From assembly GCA_043228905.1 (NCBI GenBank), contig JBHGNT010000004.1, positions 16,182,001 to 16,246,000 of the forward strand: a DNA stretch of 64,000 nt, written 5' to 3'. The notes under the pieces were generated by a model. That model was not told the origin of the DNA. It did no database searches and worked only from the letters and a program-made list of their open reading frames with translations. Of the stretch, positions 1 through 12,158 are shown piece after piece. A program made the translations under genes and the position numbers. The DNA is from Azolla caroliniana. Its lineage: Eukaryota; Plantae; Polypodiophyta. Numbering within the stretch: the stretch's first letter is position 1; the number at the start of each line of letters is the position of its first letter.

Positions 1-453
1 CTCATCATTTGCTCGACGATTAGCATTATCCTTTCGAGCTCTCCCGCTTGGTTGCTTGAGGATGCCATCTCCAAGTATTAATCTCGGCTTGATCCTTCCT
101 ACCGCCTCTTTCACGTCGGGTTCACCACTTTTATCTTTAGATTTAAGAAGTTTTATCTTTAGATTCTATCTTTAGATTTAAGAAACAAGTTACATGATCA
201 ATTCGAAAACGAATTTTCTTCTTCTTCATTTCATAACCAAAAGAGCCTAACCCTTCTTCTTTTTCATCCCTTCTTTTATAGATGCTCTCATGCATATGAT
301 GCATGTGAGGGTACAAGACATGCATCAAAAGCATGTTTACCATTTGGCGCTCATGTATTACATGTGGTGCATGATAACCATGTCACTCATTTTAGCTCTC
401 ATGTATAAGAATTTCCATGTAAAACTATAATGATAGAAATATAAATTCAACTA

Positions 454-525
454 AATGTCATGGCTTAGTGGTAAGCCTACTGACTCTTAACTAGGAGGTG
501 CAAGGTTCGAATCCTCACTTGCCCT
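454..525 (+). pseudogene. tRNA-derived segment (tRNA-Lys(CTT)-like pseudogene or SINE head)
   Basis: Pol III A box TGGCTTAGTGG 461-471 and B box GGTTCGAATCC 504-514 at tRNA-like spacing; anticodon-loop-like CTCTTAA 484-490; acceptor stem does not pair. Confidence 0.6.
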
Positions 526-1095
526 CCTTGTGTATATGTATGTGATATATACTTATTTATTAATTTGGTCGCACGATTCCGCCGCCACCATTGTTGGCCC
601 ATCGGATGCTGATACCGCTGGATCACTGGCTCTGTCGGATGCCGATTCTGCCAGGTCACCAACTCCACCACCGCCTCGCCGGGTCGCCGGCTCCGCCGCC
701 GCACCGATCGCCGGTTACCGTCCAGTTCCATTTTGGTTGGCCAAAAACCTTTACGAGTGGTTAGGCCACCTCCACTCTTAGTTCAAGTTACCTTCAACTC
801 TCTATGCTCAACACATAGACACAAAGATAATAGCTTTTGCTCTACCTTATATATGATGAGAGCCGTATTTGTCGTGCCTATGTGGGATATCTCACAGTTT
901 TCTCTTTTCCTTTCACAAACTTTATACCCTCATATCTTGACATCTAGTTGTCCGTTTCTCGTGTAATAAAGTGCATTCGAAAGCTTTTGAAGACCTCCAT
1001 CATTTTGTACTTAGATACTTCACTATTATTGTTTTATGTGATTCATACTCGATTTTGTACGTTTTATGTGATTTTCACACCATTGCCGAAAATCT

Positions 1096-3613
1096 TCACG
1101 ACAACGTAGAAGCGAAGACCAACGCAAATTGGCGTGCCGCAGTGGAGGAAGAGATGCGCGCATTGACAAAGAATGAAACCTGAGACCTAGTTGACGCACG
1201 GAAGGGTGTGAAGCCGATGAGATGTAGGTTGGTGTACAAGGTCAAGTACAACACCGACGGCTCGATCAACTGGTACAAGGCCCGGCTAGTAGCGAAAGGC
1301 CACGCGAAGAAGCACGGCGTGGACTACGACGAAACCTTCGTGCCTAACGCGAAGATGACTACCGTGCGTGTTCTGCTAGCCGTAGCAGCGGCGAAGGGGT
1401 GGCATTTACATCAGATGGATGTCAAAAATGCATTCATGCTAGGCGAGCTTGAGGAACAGGTGTACATGGTACAACCCCCCGGATTTCACTCCAAAATGAA
1501 CACTTCGGCAGTCTACCGATTGAAGAAGTCCCTTTACGAACTAAAGCAAGCCCCGCATGCTTGGAACGCAAAAATCACACAGCGATTGCGTCAGATGGGC
1601 TTTGCGACATCCAAATCGGACTCTTCACTATTCATTCGGCAAGGTCGCCTCGGGCCGGTTAGTAGTTTACTTTGTGTTGATGATTTGGCATCACCGGTGC
1701 CGACCTAGGTGAAATTGACCGCATAAAGCTCCACCTCGCTGCATCATTTGACATGTAGGACCTAGGGGACCTTCATTACTTCCTCGGGATCGAAGTGATC
1801 CGTATCCCCGAAGGCATCTTGATCAGCCAACGACATTACGTGCTGAGTATGCTCTTCAAGATCGAGATGCCAGGTTGTAAGTCTGTCTCAACTGCTCTGG
1901 ATAGAATCATCATGCTTCGTCTTGACTCCGGAAAGGTTGCCGACCCGAAGAGGTTCCGAAAGATTGTCGGAAGCCTCATCTACTTGACTATCACTCGACC
2001 AGACCTCAGTTACCCGGTCGGTGTGATTAGTCAGTTCATGGCACGACCAACCGAGGAGCACCTTTAGTGCACACAACGCGTACTCCGGTATGTCAGTGGC
2101 ACTAAGGACCCGGGGCTACTATATCGGACCGATATTGTCGCGCAATTAGTCGGCTACACGGATGCCGATTGGGCCGGAAACACCCACGATCGTAGATCCA
2201 CATCCAGATACACATTCTCTCTAGGCAGTGCGGCAATCACGTGGAGCAATAAGAAGCAGCCGACAGTAGCATTGTCGATCACAGAGGCCGAGTATCGAGG
2301 GGCGACTATCGCTACGTGCAAAGTCATTTGGCTAAAACGGCTATTACAGGATCTGCAGGTAGAGGTGTCTGATCCGACAACGATCTTTTGTGACAACCTC
2401 AACAATATCCACCTTGCAAAAAACCCCGTGTTCCACGCTCGACCAAGCACATTGAGGTGCATTACCATTTTGTCCGTGATCGGGTCCTTTCAGGTGAAGT
2501 CGAACTAGCGTATGTCCTAACAGAACGGCAGGTTGCCGACATCTTCACCAAGCCTCTTGGTCTCGACAAGGTACAACGTTTCTTGGGTGAGCTAGGGTTG
2601 CGTCACCTCGACACGGCAAACTTGAGGGGGAGAAAGGAAGAACAGGAACAAGAGCGTGAAATGAGCGGAGATGTTCATCACGACGGAAGTGACCGTGATG
2701 AGGAATTGGACGAAGAATTCAATTTTGAACTGACTGAAGAAGCCGAAGAAAGAAGCAAGGGCCATAACCGTAGGGAAGAGCTGAGGGTAGCCGAATCAGG
2801 GGGAGATACAGCCAAGAATGGCGTAAAGGCCAAGACCAAGACGTGGTCTAATGTAGGAAAAGGCCTAAAGACAAGAGACGAATTGGAGACAGTCAATTTG
2901 GATGAGAGCGGAATTGAATTGGAAATGTTCGATTCGGATACGCCGAATCAACTGAAGGCCATGCGGAGAAAAGGGCAGCGAAGGACACGTCGACGCCGCG
3001 ACGCCGCGACAGCAAGGGAGCTGAGAAGGGCTAGATGAGCAGACAAGCTGCCCGGAAGGGTTGAGGCATGCGGAATCGAACAGGACGAGGAGCGCGAGTG
3101 AGGCGTGAGGCCAGAAGAAACCGGAGTAGTGATCCGGAAGAACCAAAAGAGCCTCAAGTTGAGCTTGAGGGGGAGTGTTGAGATACAAGCTCAACGTTGG
3201 TCGGAGCGGATGTGCAAGCCGAGAACCGGATCGGTTGGGACCGATCAGTTAGGCCAGACTGGTGCGTAAACCGGTGCGCAACAAGAAGCTGTAACAGTGC
3301 GTAAACCGCGAGGCCGTTGGAAAGAAATGCCGCGTAGGAATATATTTTGGGAGTTAGTGTAGAGCTCAATTATGAGCATTGAAATATGTGTCAATACTTC
3401 GGTCAGTCAATATGGACCTGGATAAAAGTGCTCACTGAGCACATCCTATGTACAAATTGAGTATTATTTTTTGAAGTAGAGTGGTGTGTATTGCTCTCTC
3501 TCTCTCTCTCTCTCTATCTCTCCCGCGTACTCTGTGTGTGTCCAAGCTCTCCATTAAACTTGTGTTTTCCTATGTTCTGCTCTCTGTTGTTTCCGCATGT
3601 TCTTCTTTTCACA
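1096..3613 (+). mobile_element. Ty1/Copia family A copy A1 (Ale-like, tentative): 3' fragment with degenerate RT, RNase H, C-terminal extension, PPT and 3' LTR
   Basis: ORFs 1208-1708 (YKARLVAKG, QMDVKNAF, SLYELKQA), 1795-2067 (TRPDLSY), 2272-3038 (EAEY, NPVFHAR); PPT GAGGGGGAG 3167-3175; LTR 3176-~3613. Confidence 0.92.
3176..3613 (+). repeat. 3' LTR of Copia A1
   Basis: Starts TGTTGAG directly after the PPT, ends TTTTCACA; similar to family A LTRs at 9411-9864, 33146-33570 and 55482-55878. Confidence 0.8.
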
Positions 3614-6402
3614 GGTTTCTATCATATCAATTTCAAATAATGGGACGATCCGCGGGTGATCATCAAGGTATGCTTCCAGCTCTGCATCATCTACCCCTTC
3701 TAGCATATTTATGTCTTCTGCATATAATGGTGTTATGCCCTTGGGTTGTGCAGCCATTTCCTGAGTGGGTACACAGATTTTGTTGTGTCCTCGTCGGAAA
3801 CTGATACAATTATGGTGCCAGTCCTGTTCGATTTTAGCCACCCGAAGCCACAGTCTGTCGAGCAACATTGGGTACACTCTTGACGCGTCAAGTGCCAATA
3901 CCACTGCCGAAATGTCAAAATGATGACCGCCAACGATAATGCCTAATTTCCGGATCAACCCTAAGGGTCGGACAAATCTGGTGTCTGCCATGCAAAGCCA
4001 AAAAGGGAAAACTTCCCAATTCGAAATTCCTAATCATTCACATGTAGTCATACTAATGACATTGACGCCGGAACCCCCATCGACTATACATCCGTCGACT
4101 TCTTGACATTGTATCACCAGTTTAATGGTTGGGTTGTGATGGTCTACCACCGTTGGACTAGAACTAGTTTCTGCAAAATTTGTCAAGAAATCTATCGCAG
4201 ATGTGCCCGTAATGCGCTTCTCCATTGCTTGTCGGAATCGTGAAACCAGTTGGAGGAGCGTCTCCATGGGCATCATTATCTCGCAATCTACCAGTGCCTA
4301 CCATATAGAATCTGGTGATGCCGTATCTTCTCCCTTCGGTAAGCTATTCGCGGATTCCTGCCTCATGCGTCCCGTATTTGCCACGTTAGCTTTTTCTACC
4401 CATGCTTGGGCCGCTTTGCGTATCTCCTCTTGCACAACCAAGTCCGCATTCTTGGTTTGTTGTCGTGTTATCACTTGTTGAACTTCCACCGTAATCGTAT
4501 TTATGGCGGGTCCTTTGCCCTTAATGTCCGGGTTGTTGGCATACGAAACAATGGACATTGGACTCACCTGTCTCTCTCTCTGGCAGTGTAGGCATTCCCG
4601 TGGCTATTGCTTGTTCATCCCGATTTTGTTGAAGCCTCTTGTTATTCCGTGGTGGTTGTCGGGGTTCGCTATGTGTCTCCCAACGCTACTCATCTTCCAA
4701 ACTTTCTTCTTACCAACGTTGGTCCTTATACTGCCTATTATGTCCCTATGACCGTGGTCCATTGAATCCCCCGCGATTGGCTGCAAAACATTGATTGTTA
4801 TAACGACGTCCCCCTTTATTATATTGGTTGTTGCCTCGATATTCTTTGTCCTCCAATCCCTCTTCATCGGAATATAAGTTGTTGTTTCGGTGATTACGGT
4901 AGTGACGGTCTTCGCGCGGATTTCGTTTTGTATATCGGGGTTGTTCTTCTTGTCTCCCTTGATCATTTCGGCGAAGTAGCCGTTGTGGTTCTACGTGTCC
5001 GTACTGTGGGTGTAGGTCTGTTAAGCATATTGTATTCACACGGCTCGACCGTGTGTGCCTTTGAGTGTCAAATGGGGCAATGAATTCGCATATTGCATTC
5101 CACCACTGAATAGCCTGGTGGAAGCAGTGCTCCTCGTCCTGAGGCAATGCCTGGCATAACGACGATATGGAATTTCCGTCATCTTCTTCTTCCAATTTGA
5201 GTTGTAACTATATCGGTTGTTTCCCCTTTCACACTATGCAAATTCAGTGTCATTATGATAGGTCGTCGGAGGGTTGCCAAAAATGTCTCCTTAGCTTCCT
5301 CATCTGTTGGGGCCCGTGTAAGCTGCCATCGTTGACTAAAATCCGCGATGGATTCTGTTGGCGATTGCTTGATGGTGTAAAATTTCCCAATAATCTCTCG
5401 TTGCGGTACCGTTCTATGGAAAAATCGCAAAAATGTTGATTGTAGCTGATCGAAGGTCGTGATTGCTGCCAAGTCCATCTAAGAATGCCAACACGTCGCT
5501 CTACCATCCAGAGTTAATCCGAACTCTGCGATCTTCGATCCATGCGCTTCCGCTTCTGGAAGCCATTGCGCCATGTGATTAGCGTTTTAAACATTCAGGA
5601 ACAACCGGATGTGGCTTGCGGCGTCTATTTCACCGTTGAAGAGTGGATAGGAGAAGGCCATTCCGGACGCTATGGTGGGCAGCGGAAGACCATAGTTCTT
5701 GTGTCGTGACAGGACTTCCTGCTTGACCTTGCGGTGTTCTGTGAGCGTGGAATCGACTTTGTAATCTTGACATGAATAACTAAGGCGAGATTTTTGCTTT
5801 GCGCGATCCTCTGTCTGGCGTGTGATTGTCCTCATGAGTGGTCGGTCTTGCCGGGTCGGTTCTCTAGGTCGTCTACAACTAGACATCTATCCCTTACTAT
5901 TCGTCTGCAAGAAATGACAGATCACCAGGCGTGCCAAACGTGTTACCGATACGGAACACTGTCTATCTCAGTCCTTCGAGATAGACCTCAAGGTGATTGT
6001 GTGGCAAGGTATGTTGTCACACAAGGCATGAGCCGTACTCCGTTGGTTGCATAACAATGTGTATGTATGGGTGATGGTTCACGGCTACGACCAAGAACCC
6101 GAGTGCGCTATTACGCTACTCATGCCCTATGCTTACAGAGACGTACTTACGAATAGTACAGAGATTACACAAGACAGCACGGGTAGCCCAGACACAGAAA
6201 ATTAGAGAAGATAAGATACTATTAGAAAAGAAAACCTCACGCTCCAAAATTACACACTACCTCTTACAGAGGATTTCTACCCTTTATATACACAGGGCGT
6301 TCAGCCGTTCACGCCTCCTGCGTGAACCATTACATTTCGTTTCTTAATGCTTCTAATATATTTACGCATTCTGTCCGGTGGTTACAATTCCAGCAAACAA
6401 CA
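3614..6402 (-). mobile_element. Ty3/Gypsy non-chromovirus (Tat-like) 5' fragment: LTR, PBS, degenerate gag and aspartic protease
   Basis: Retrotrans_gag-like ORF 5179-5478; protease motifs CIVDGGSGVNVI (4034-4276) and YPMLLDRLWL (3554-3991); PBS-like TGGCACGCCTGGTGA 5922-5936 (-), resembling the tRNA-Arg PBS of Tat elements; LTR 5941-6402. Confidence 0.8.
5941..6402 (-). repeat. 5' LTR of the Tat-like element
   Basis: TGTTG...TAACA on the - strand, TATA-like TATATAAAG near 6285, PBS 4 nt downstream. Confidence 0.7.
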
Positions 6403-6815
6403 ATACATACATTGCATACATCACACTTCCAACAGTACAGGCATATAGTACCTTCATCATCTCCGACTTCGGACTTTGCTTCCCTGACAACTTGCAGTTT
6501 GCCAGAAGTGTAGAGACGACAGGCTTCGCATCCGACATGCTGAATCTTTGAAGGACCTTTCTCACATACTTCTCTTGTGACAGCCACAACAGCTTCTTCG
6601 CCCGGTTCCAGATTATATGCATCCCCAATATCTGCTTCACCGGACCATATCTTTCACTGTGAATGACCGGCTCAAGGCCTTCTTCAGCATCCCGATTTCG
6701 ATACGGTCCCATCCAACGATCAACATATCATCCACATACAGCAACAGTATCTGGAAGTATCCTCTGTCGAACTTCTTTACAAATACACATTGGTCGGCCT
6801 ACATCTTGTCTTCTG
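6403..6815 (-). mobile_element. Tnt1/Tork-like Copia RT remnant (family B)
   Basis: ORF 6362-6712 LWLSQEKYVRKVLQRFSMSDAKPV matches the B1/B3 RT. Confidence 0.8.
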
Positions 6816-9800
6816 CCCGGATCATTTCGGGTTCACTGGCCTCATTGTTTGGAATCGGGTTAGGGTCAGACATCAGAGCCGGTAGAGAGTACCATGATGC
6901 CGACTCATCAAATTAGACATCTCGGCTCACTCAAACTTGTTTTGATTGGGGTTTATAGCACTTATAACCCTATTGCTCATGTGAGTAGCCGACAAGGATG
7001 CACTTCTCCGACTTCGGGTCTAGCTTGCTCTGCTTCTCATCTAGCACATGCACATATGCAATGCTACCGAATATCTTCCGGCCGAAATACATGTCATGTG
7101 CTGACACCTGATCCCTGATCCGGTTTTGAATGTAGACGGTCGTATGGACGGCTTCGGCCTAGTAGAACTTGGGCATGCTCTTCTCTTCCAGCATTGCCCG
7201 TGTTGCCCCCACAATTGACCGGTTCTTCCTTTCGTACACACCATTTTGTTCCGGTGTGTATCAGGAGCTGAATTTCCTTTGAACTCCTTTTTGCTGCAGA
7301 TAGCTCTTGAATTGGCTGGAAAAATATTTTTTTCCCCCATCAGACCAAAGGCACTTGATCTTCCTCTCCATTTCCCCTTCAACAAGACTTTGCAGGTTCC
7401 GAAAATAGTCAAAGACTTTGCTTTTCTTCTCTATGAGGTAGATCCACGTGTTTTGGGTGTAGTCATCGATGAAAGAGAAGAAATATCAGCTCCCACCAAG
7501 AATAACATTTTGTACCGGTCCCCAAACATCTGAATGTATTAGATTGAGCTTGTTTCGGCTCTGGTTTCTTTCTATGGGGAACGAAAGCCAGTGTTGCTTC
7601 CCGAGTTGGCTGGCTTCACAAGTTTGGGCCTTCCAGCCACTGAATTTTGGCAATCCGAAAACCACATGTTTCGATTGCAGGTCTTGAAGGCGTTCATGGT
7701 TGACCTGGTTGATCCACTTGTGCCACAAGTCGATATCCGACTCAACTTTTGTCCTTTTGCAAACAAGGCGGCGCCAACGTCGTTGGTGTCGAGGATGAAC
7801 ATCCTCCCGCTCCGACGTCCTTGCGCGATGATCCAGCCCTCTTCCTCAATGAAGCACCTAAGATGCATAAATTGCACCTACATCCCCTGGTCGACGATCT
7901 GCCCGACCAACACCAGGTTCTTTGTGATTGTTGGGACGTGAAGCATGTTCATAAGCTTCCCTTGTTATCCGACATGACTCAAGGGGACTTCTCTGACATG
8001 CATGATCAGGTGAGGAGTGTCGTCTCTGGTTTCGACAACTCTCGGTTACTCCGGCTTTTCCAATAATGAGAACCACTCTTCATGGCTCGTCATGTGGTTT
8101 GATGCTCCGGAGTCAACGTACCACACTTCCTCTGATCCGGAAGTGGTCTTCTTCATTGAGTTCACCTTGTGCTTCATCACAAAGGTTGGCCCTTTTCCAG
8201 TCTTACCGGTTCTGGATCCTTCTGATCCTTCTACGTAGTGCGAGCTTTGTTGGTTCCCTTGTCCAGCCTTGCTGGATCCATATTTATCCGAATCGGCATG
8301 CTTCTTCCGGCACTCGCTCTCTAGGTGGCCCTTCTTTCCACAATATTCTGTCTCGTCTTTCGATAGTCAGTTTCCAGCTCTGCCTTGACTCCCTCTGCTT
8401 GTGGAGGGTCCGGAACTGATATCGGTACTATCTTTGTGCCTCCGATCTTGCTCTTGCTGACCTCCTTCCTTACATGGGCCAATCCGCCTCTGTGTACAAC
8501 ATCTGGTTGTTCGATTGAGTGGTCCTCGACCCACTCGCGTGGTTTTTTTCGACCATCAACATCGATTGCCATCCAGATTGGCTTGTACTGTTGTGCTAGA
8601 CCATCGAGGCAGATCTGGACCATCTCGTCGTTGTCCACCCTCACGTTGATGGAGTCGAGTGTGTCGTAGATCTGCTTGATCTTGGTGGTGTGGTCAGTGA
8701 TTGACATGTCCTGTTGCCGAATACTCTTGAGCTCTTGCCAGAGCTGCAACTTCCGAGTAGCCAGCCGGCAAGGAGTGGAGGATAGTCCAGAATGTGAAAG
8801 GGCAGGAATTATCAGAAGCTATTATTAGAATATTACGTAATTAAGTATATTTTGAGAAGTGAATGGATGGATCGGAATCGGTATGCCGATCCGGATCCGG
8901 ACTGGTTCATATCAGTGTGCCAGTTGGCACCGTTTTGTATGTAGAGCCGGTGATCTATAAAAAGGCCCGGTTACATTGCAAATCATGAAGGATAATTAAT
9001 GAAGCCCTATTGTCTTATCTCTGTGTATTGATTATCGTTCTGTGCTAATTACTTTCTAAGATTCATGATATGTTGCTTAAGTAGCCAATAAAGGTCTGAT
9101 CAATCGTTAGTCTAAGTTACCCCGCCGTAACACCCTTTGGTGAAGTGTCTTCCATAAACACCCTGTGTTAGGCTATTGTCCGGCCCTTAGGAGTAACAGT
9201 ATTCATGCCCCAGCAAGTACTAGTGCTCTGGTCACCACTAGAACACATAGTTGCTCCGGTCAAGCTTTTTTGTAGGAAGCAAGCTTGCCATGCTTTCTGT
9301 CCATACCTTCTCTTTTCGGTCTATTCTTTTACCGGTGGTTAGGGTTTGTCTTCAGAAGAAGAAAACGCTTGTCGGGAGTAGAGGCTCTCAACCCTCGCTC
9401 TCTGATACCATGTAAAGAATAGTGTGCAAAAGCTTGTAGACAAACCGGCTCAACCGGATTACAACAATAAAAACAAAGAATGAAGGTTTAATGGAAGCTT
9501 AAGAACAGAGAATACACAGGACAGACACAGAGAGTAGAAAGCATAAACTCAATTCAAAATAATAGCACTTTGTACATACAACATGCTTAGTGAGTATTTT
9601 TATACAAGTCCTTAAAAGGAATGCTGACAGAAGTACTGACATGTACTTCAATGCTCATACAAGTGACTAGACACTGAGCCCTAAAAATATGCCTACGTAC
9701 TAGGATAGATTCGTAGGCCTCTAACGGCCTACCGGTTACAATCCGATCCGGCTCTCCGAACCAACTCATGGTTTCGGACACCAATCCAGTTCTTCGTTCC

Positions 9801-9864
9801 GCACATCGATTCGGCTCTCGCTTATTCAGCCGATCCAGATCTGGTTGAGCTTGTTCGCTCAACA
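6816..9864 (-). mobile_element. Copia family A copy A2: 5' LTR, PBS, gag, protease, integrase (3'-truncated)
   Basis: LTR 9411-9864; PBS TGGTATCAGAG ending at 9410; gag N-terminus ~9200-9292 and ORF 8321-8749; WYVDSGASNHMT ~8085-8122; integrase 7041-7877 (IHSDVWGP). Confidence 0.88.
8793..9198 (+). repeat. LTR fragment of an unrelated family interrupting A2 gag
   Basis: Non-coding block with TATAAAAAGG ~8957, ends GTAACA; replaces part of gag; no matching TSD; left boundary uncertain. Confidence 0.55.
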
Positions 9865-11320
9865 GTCTGTTGGAGAGATTGTCGATCAAGGGATGCAGGT
9901 TTGGTTCACGCACCTCGGGTGCTTCATCGAAGAAGAGAGCAAAGCCATCGCGCAAGGGCGTCGAGACGGGAGGATGTTTATCCTCGAAACGAATGATGTT
10001 GGCACCACTATGTTTGCAAAAGGGCAAAAGGTCGAGTCGGACATCGACCTGTGGCACAAGCGGATCGGCCACATCAATTTCTGAAAACTTCATGAGCTAC
10101 AATCGGGACATGTAGTTTCCAGACTACCCAAGTTCAATGGCCGGAAAGGCCAAATCTGTGAAGCATGCTAGCTCGGAAAGCAGCATAGGCTTCCATTCCC
10201 CAATGAGAAGAATCGAAGCCGGAATCGGCTTGATCTCATCCTCTTGGATGTGTGGGGACCGGCACAAAACGTGAGCATCAGTGGGAGTCGGTATTTTGTC
10301 TCCTTCATGAATGATTTCACCCGGCACACGTGGATCTATCTAATCAAGAAGAAAACCGAAGTCTTCTCGTGCTTCTAGGATTAGAAGAACCTTGTTGAAC
10401 ACAAGATCAGAAGAAAGATCAAGTATCTGAGATCAGATGGTGGAAAACAGTATTTTTCCAGCTAGTTCACGAGCTATCTACAGACGAAGGGAATCCAACG
10501 TGAATTCTCTTGCAGATACATGCCGGAGCAGAAGCATGGCCGAGCATCGGAATAGGACACTGGTAGAAGCAGCAAGGGCGATGCTTGAGGAGAAAAGAAT
10601 GCCCAAGTTTTATTGGGCCGAAGCAATTCGGACAACCGTCTACATCCAGAATCAGATATCTGCCTCAGGGACAAAGGTGTCACCTCACAAACTATATTTC
10701 CGGTGGAAGCCGAATTTGGCAAACCTTCGAGTGTTCAGTAGCATTGCATATGTTCATCTACCGATGGAAAAATGGAGGAAGCTGAAAACTGCATTCTCGT
10801 CAGCTACTCGAATGAACAGAAGGGTTATAAGTGTTATCACCCCCGATCGAAAGTAGTCTGAGTCAGCCAAGATGTTGTTTTTGATGGATCGGCATCTTGT
10901 TACTTCTCTACACCCGAAACCGAGTCCATTGCTATTGATGATCCAGTGGAATCCGGAACAGAGAGAAGCATTGCGGAATCCGAACAGCCAGATAGTCCAA
11001 CTTCTCTCTAGATGAGTGGACCGAATCCGGACTGGTTGAGCCAGAATGGTCAACCAGATGACGATCCGGCGAGCATCGAAGACTCGGTCGTGCTCTCCCC
11101 GCGCAAGGAACCGAGGAGACGGTTCATGCACAAAGAGAAGGGGAAGAAGAACATGTTGGAGTACGACACCGGCAAAGATGTGTCGGATCGCAGCGAATCT
11201 GACTCCGAACAAACTAGAGAAGTCTGAGTTGGCCAGGAGGGCCAAGAAATTGGTAAAGCATAAACTGCACCGAAGAAATTGGTAAACCAGAAGAACCCCG
11301 TCAAATGGTATAGTTATAAC

Positions 11321-12128
11321 TGTTGGGAGACTGGTCCCTCCGGATGGGAAGGGAGAAGAACAGTGCCGACGAACAAACTCGGCTGAGGCCGATAGGCCGA
11401 GGCCGAAACGGTACGAGGAGTACACGGCTACGAAGAGCCGGATGATGCAGGCCCGGTGTGGACCGGATGAGTAGTACCCGGCTACGGAGAGCCGGATGAT
11501 ACAGGCCCGGTGTGAACCGGATGAGGAGTACCCGGCTACGGAGAGCCGGATGGTGCAGGCCCGGTGTGAACCGGATGAGGAGTACCCGGCTACGGAGATC
11601 CGGATGGTGTAGGCCCGGTGTGAACCGGATGAGGAGTACCCGGCTACGGAGAGCCGGATGGTGCAGAACCGGAGGAAGAGACATATTCGTAAATATGTTT
11701 CTGAGAGCCCATCGAGGCTATATTTGTAAATAGCCGAAAAGTCATATTAGTATAAATATGACTTAGGGCAAACTTTTATGTGTTGTTGTCATTTTTCTTG
11801 TTGGTGCAAGAAGAAGAGACAATACGTAACGTTGTACAGAGAGAGAGAGAAAGAGGTCGTTGCCTCTGTTGTAACCGCCGCCTGTGGCGAAGATCGTGAG
11901 TCCGAGGTCGTTGCCTCCGTGAACTCACTGTTTTGTACATTCTTACATAGTGACAGTTTGCAGCCTGTGGGCTGCCGTGGTTTTTCCCCTAGTTTGGGGT
12001 TTTCCACGTAAACCTCCTGTGTATATTCCTCTTCTTTTTGTGTCGTGTTCTATTTCCCATTTTCTGTGTGTCAATCTAAGCTCGGTTGTGGCCGAGCATT
12101 GCGCATAAGGAACGATCAGTTCCCGTCA
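11321..12128 (+). repeat. B1 5' LTR (808 bp) with five 54-bp tandem units
   Basis: TG...CA; unit GAGGAGTACCCGGCTACGGAGAGCCGGATGGTGCAGGCCCGGTGTGAACCGGAT at ~11415-11670. Confidence 0.95.
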
Positions 12129-12158
12129 AGTGGTATCAGAGCGAAATCGACACAGAAA

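Noticed and set aside
454-525. Functional tRNA-Lys gene
   Set aside because: Acceptor and anticodon stems do not pair
530-781. GC-rich Pro/Ala ORF as a host exon
   Set aside because: Low complexity, no convincing splice context or recognisable homology
11415-11670. Regular repeats as a CRISPR array, or the repeat ORFs 11301-11684, 16067-16474 and 63550-63762 as genes
   Set aside because: Head-to-tail units without unique spacers inside LTR U3; the ORFs are open only because 54 is a multiple of 3
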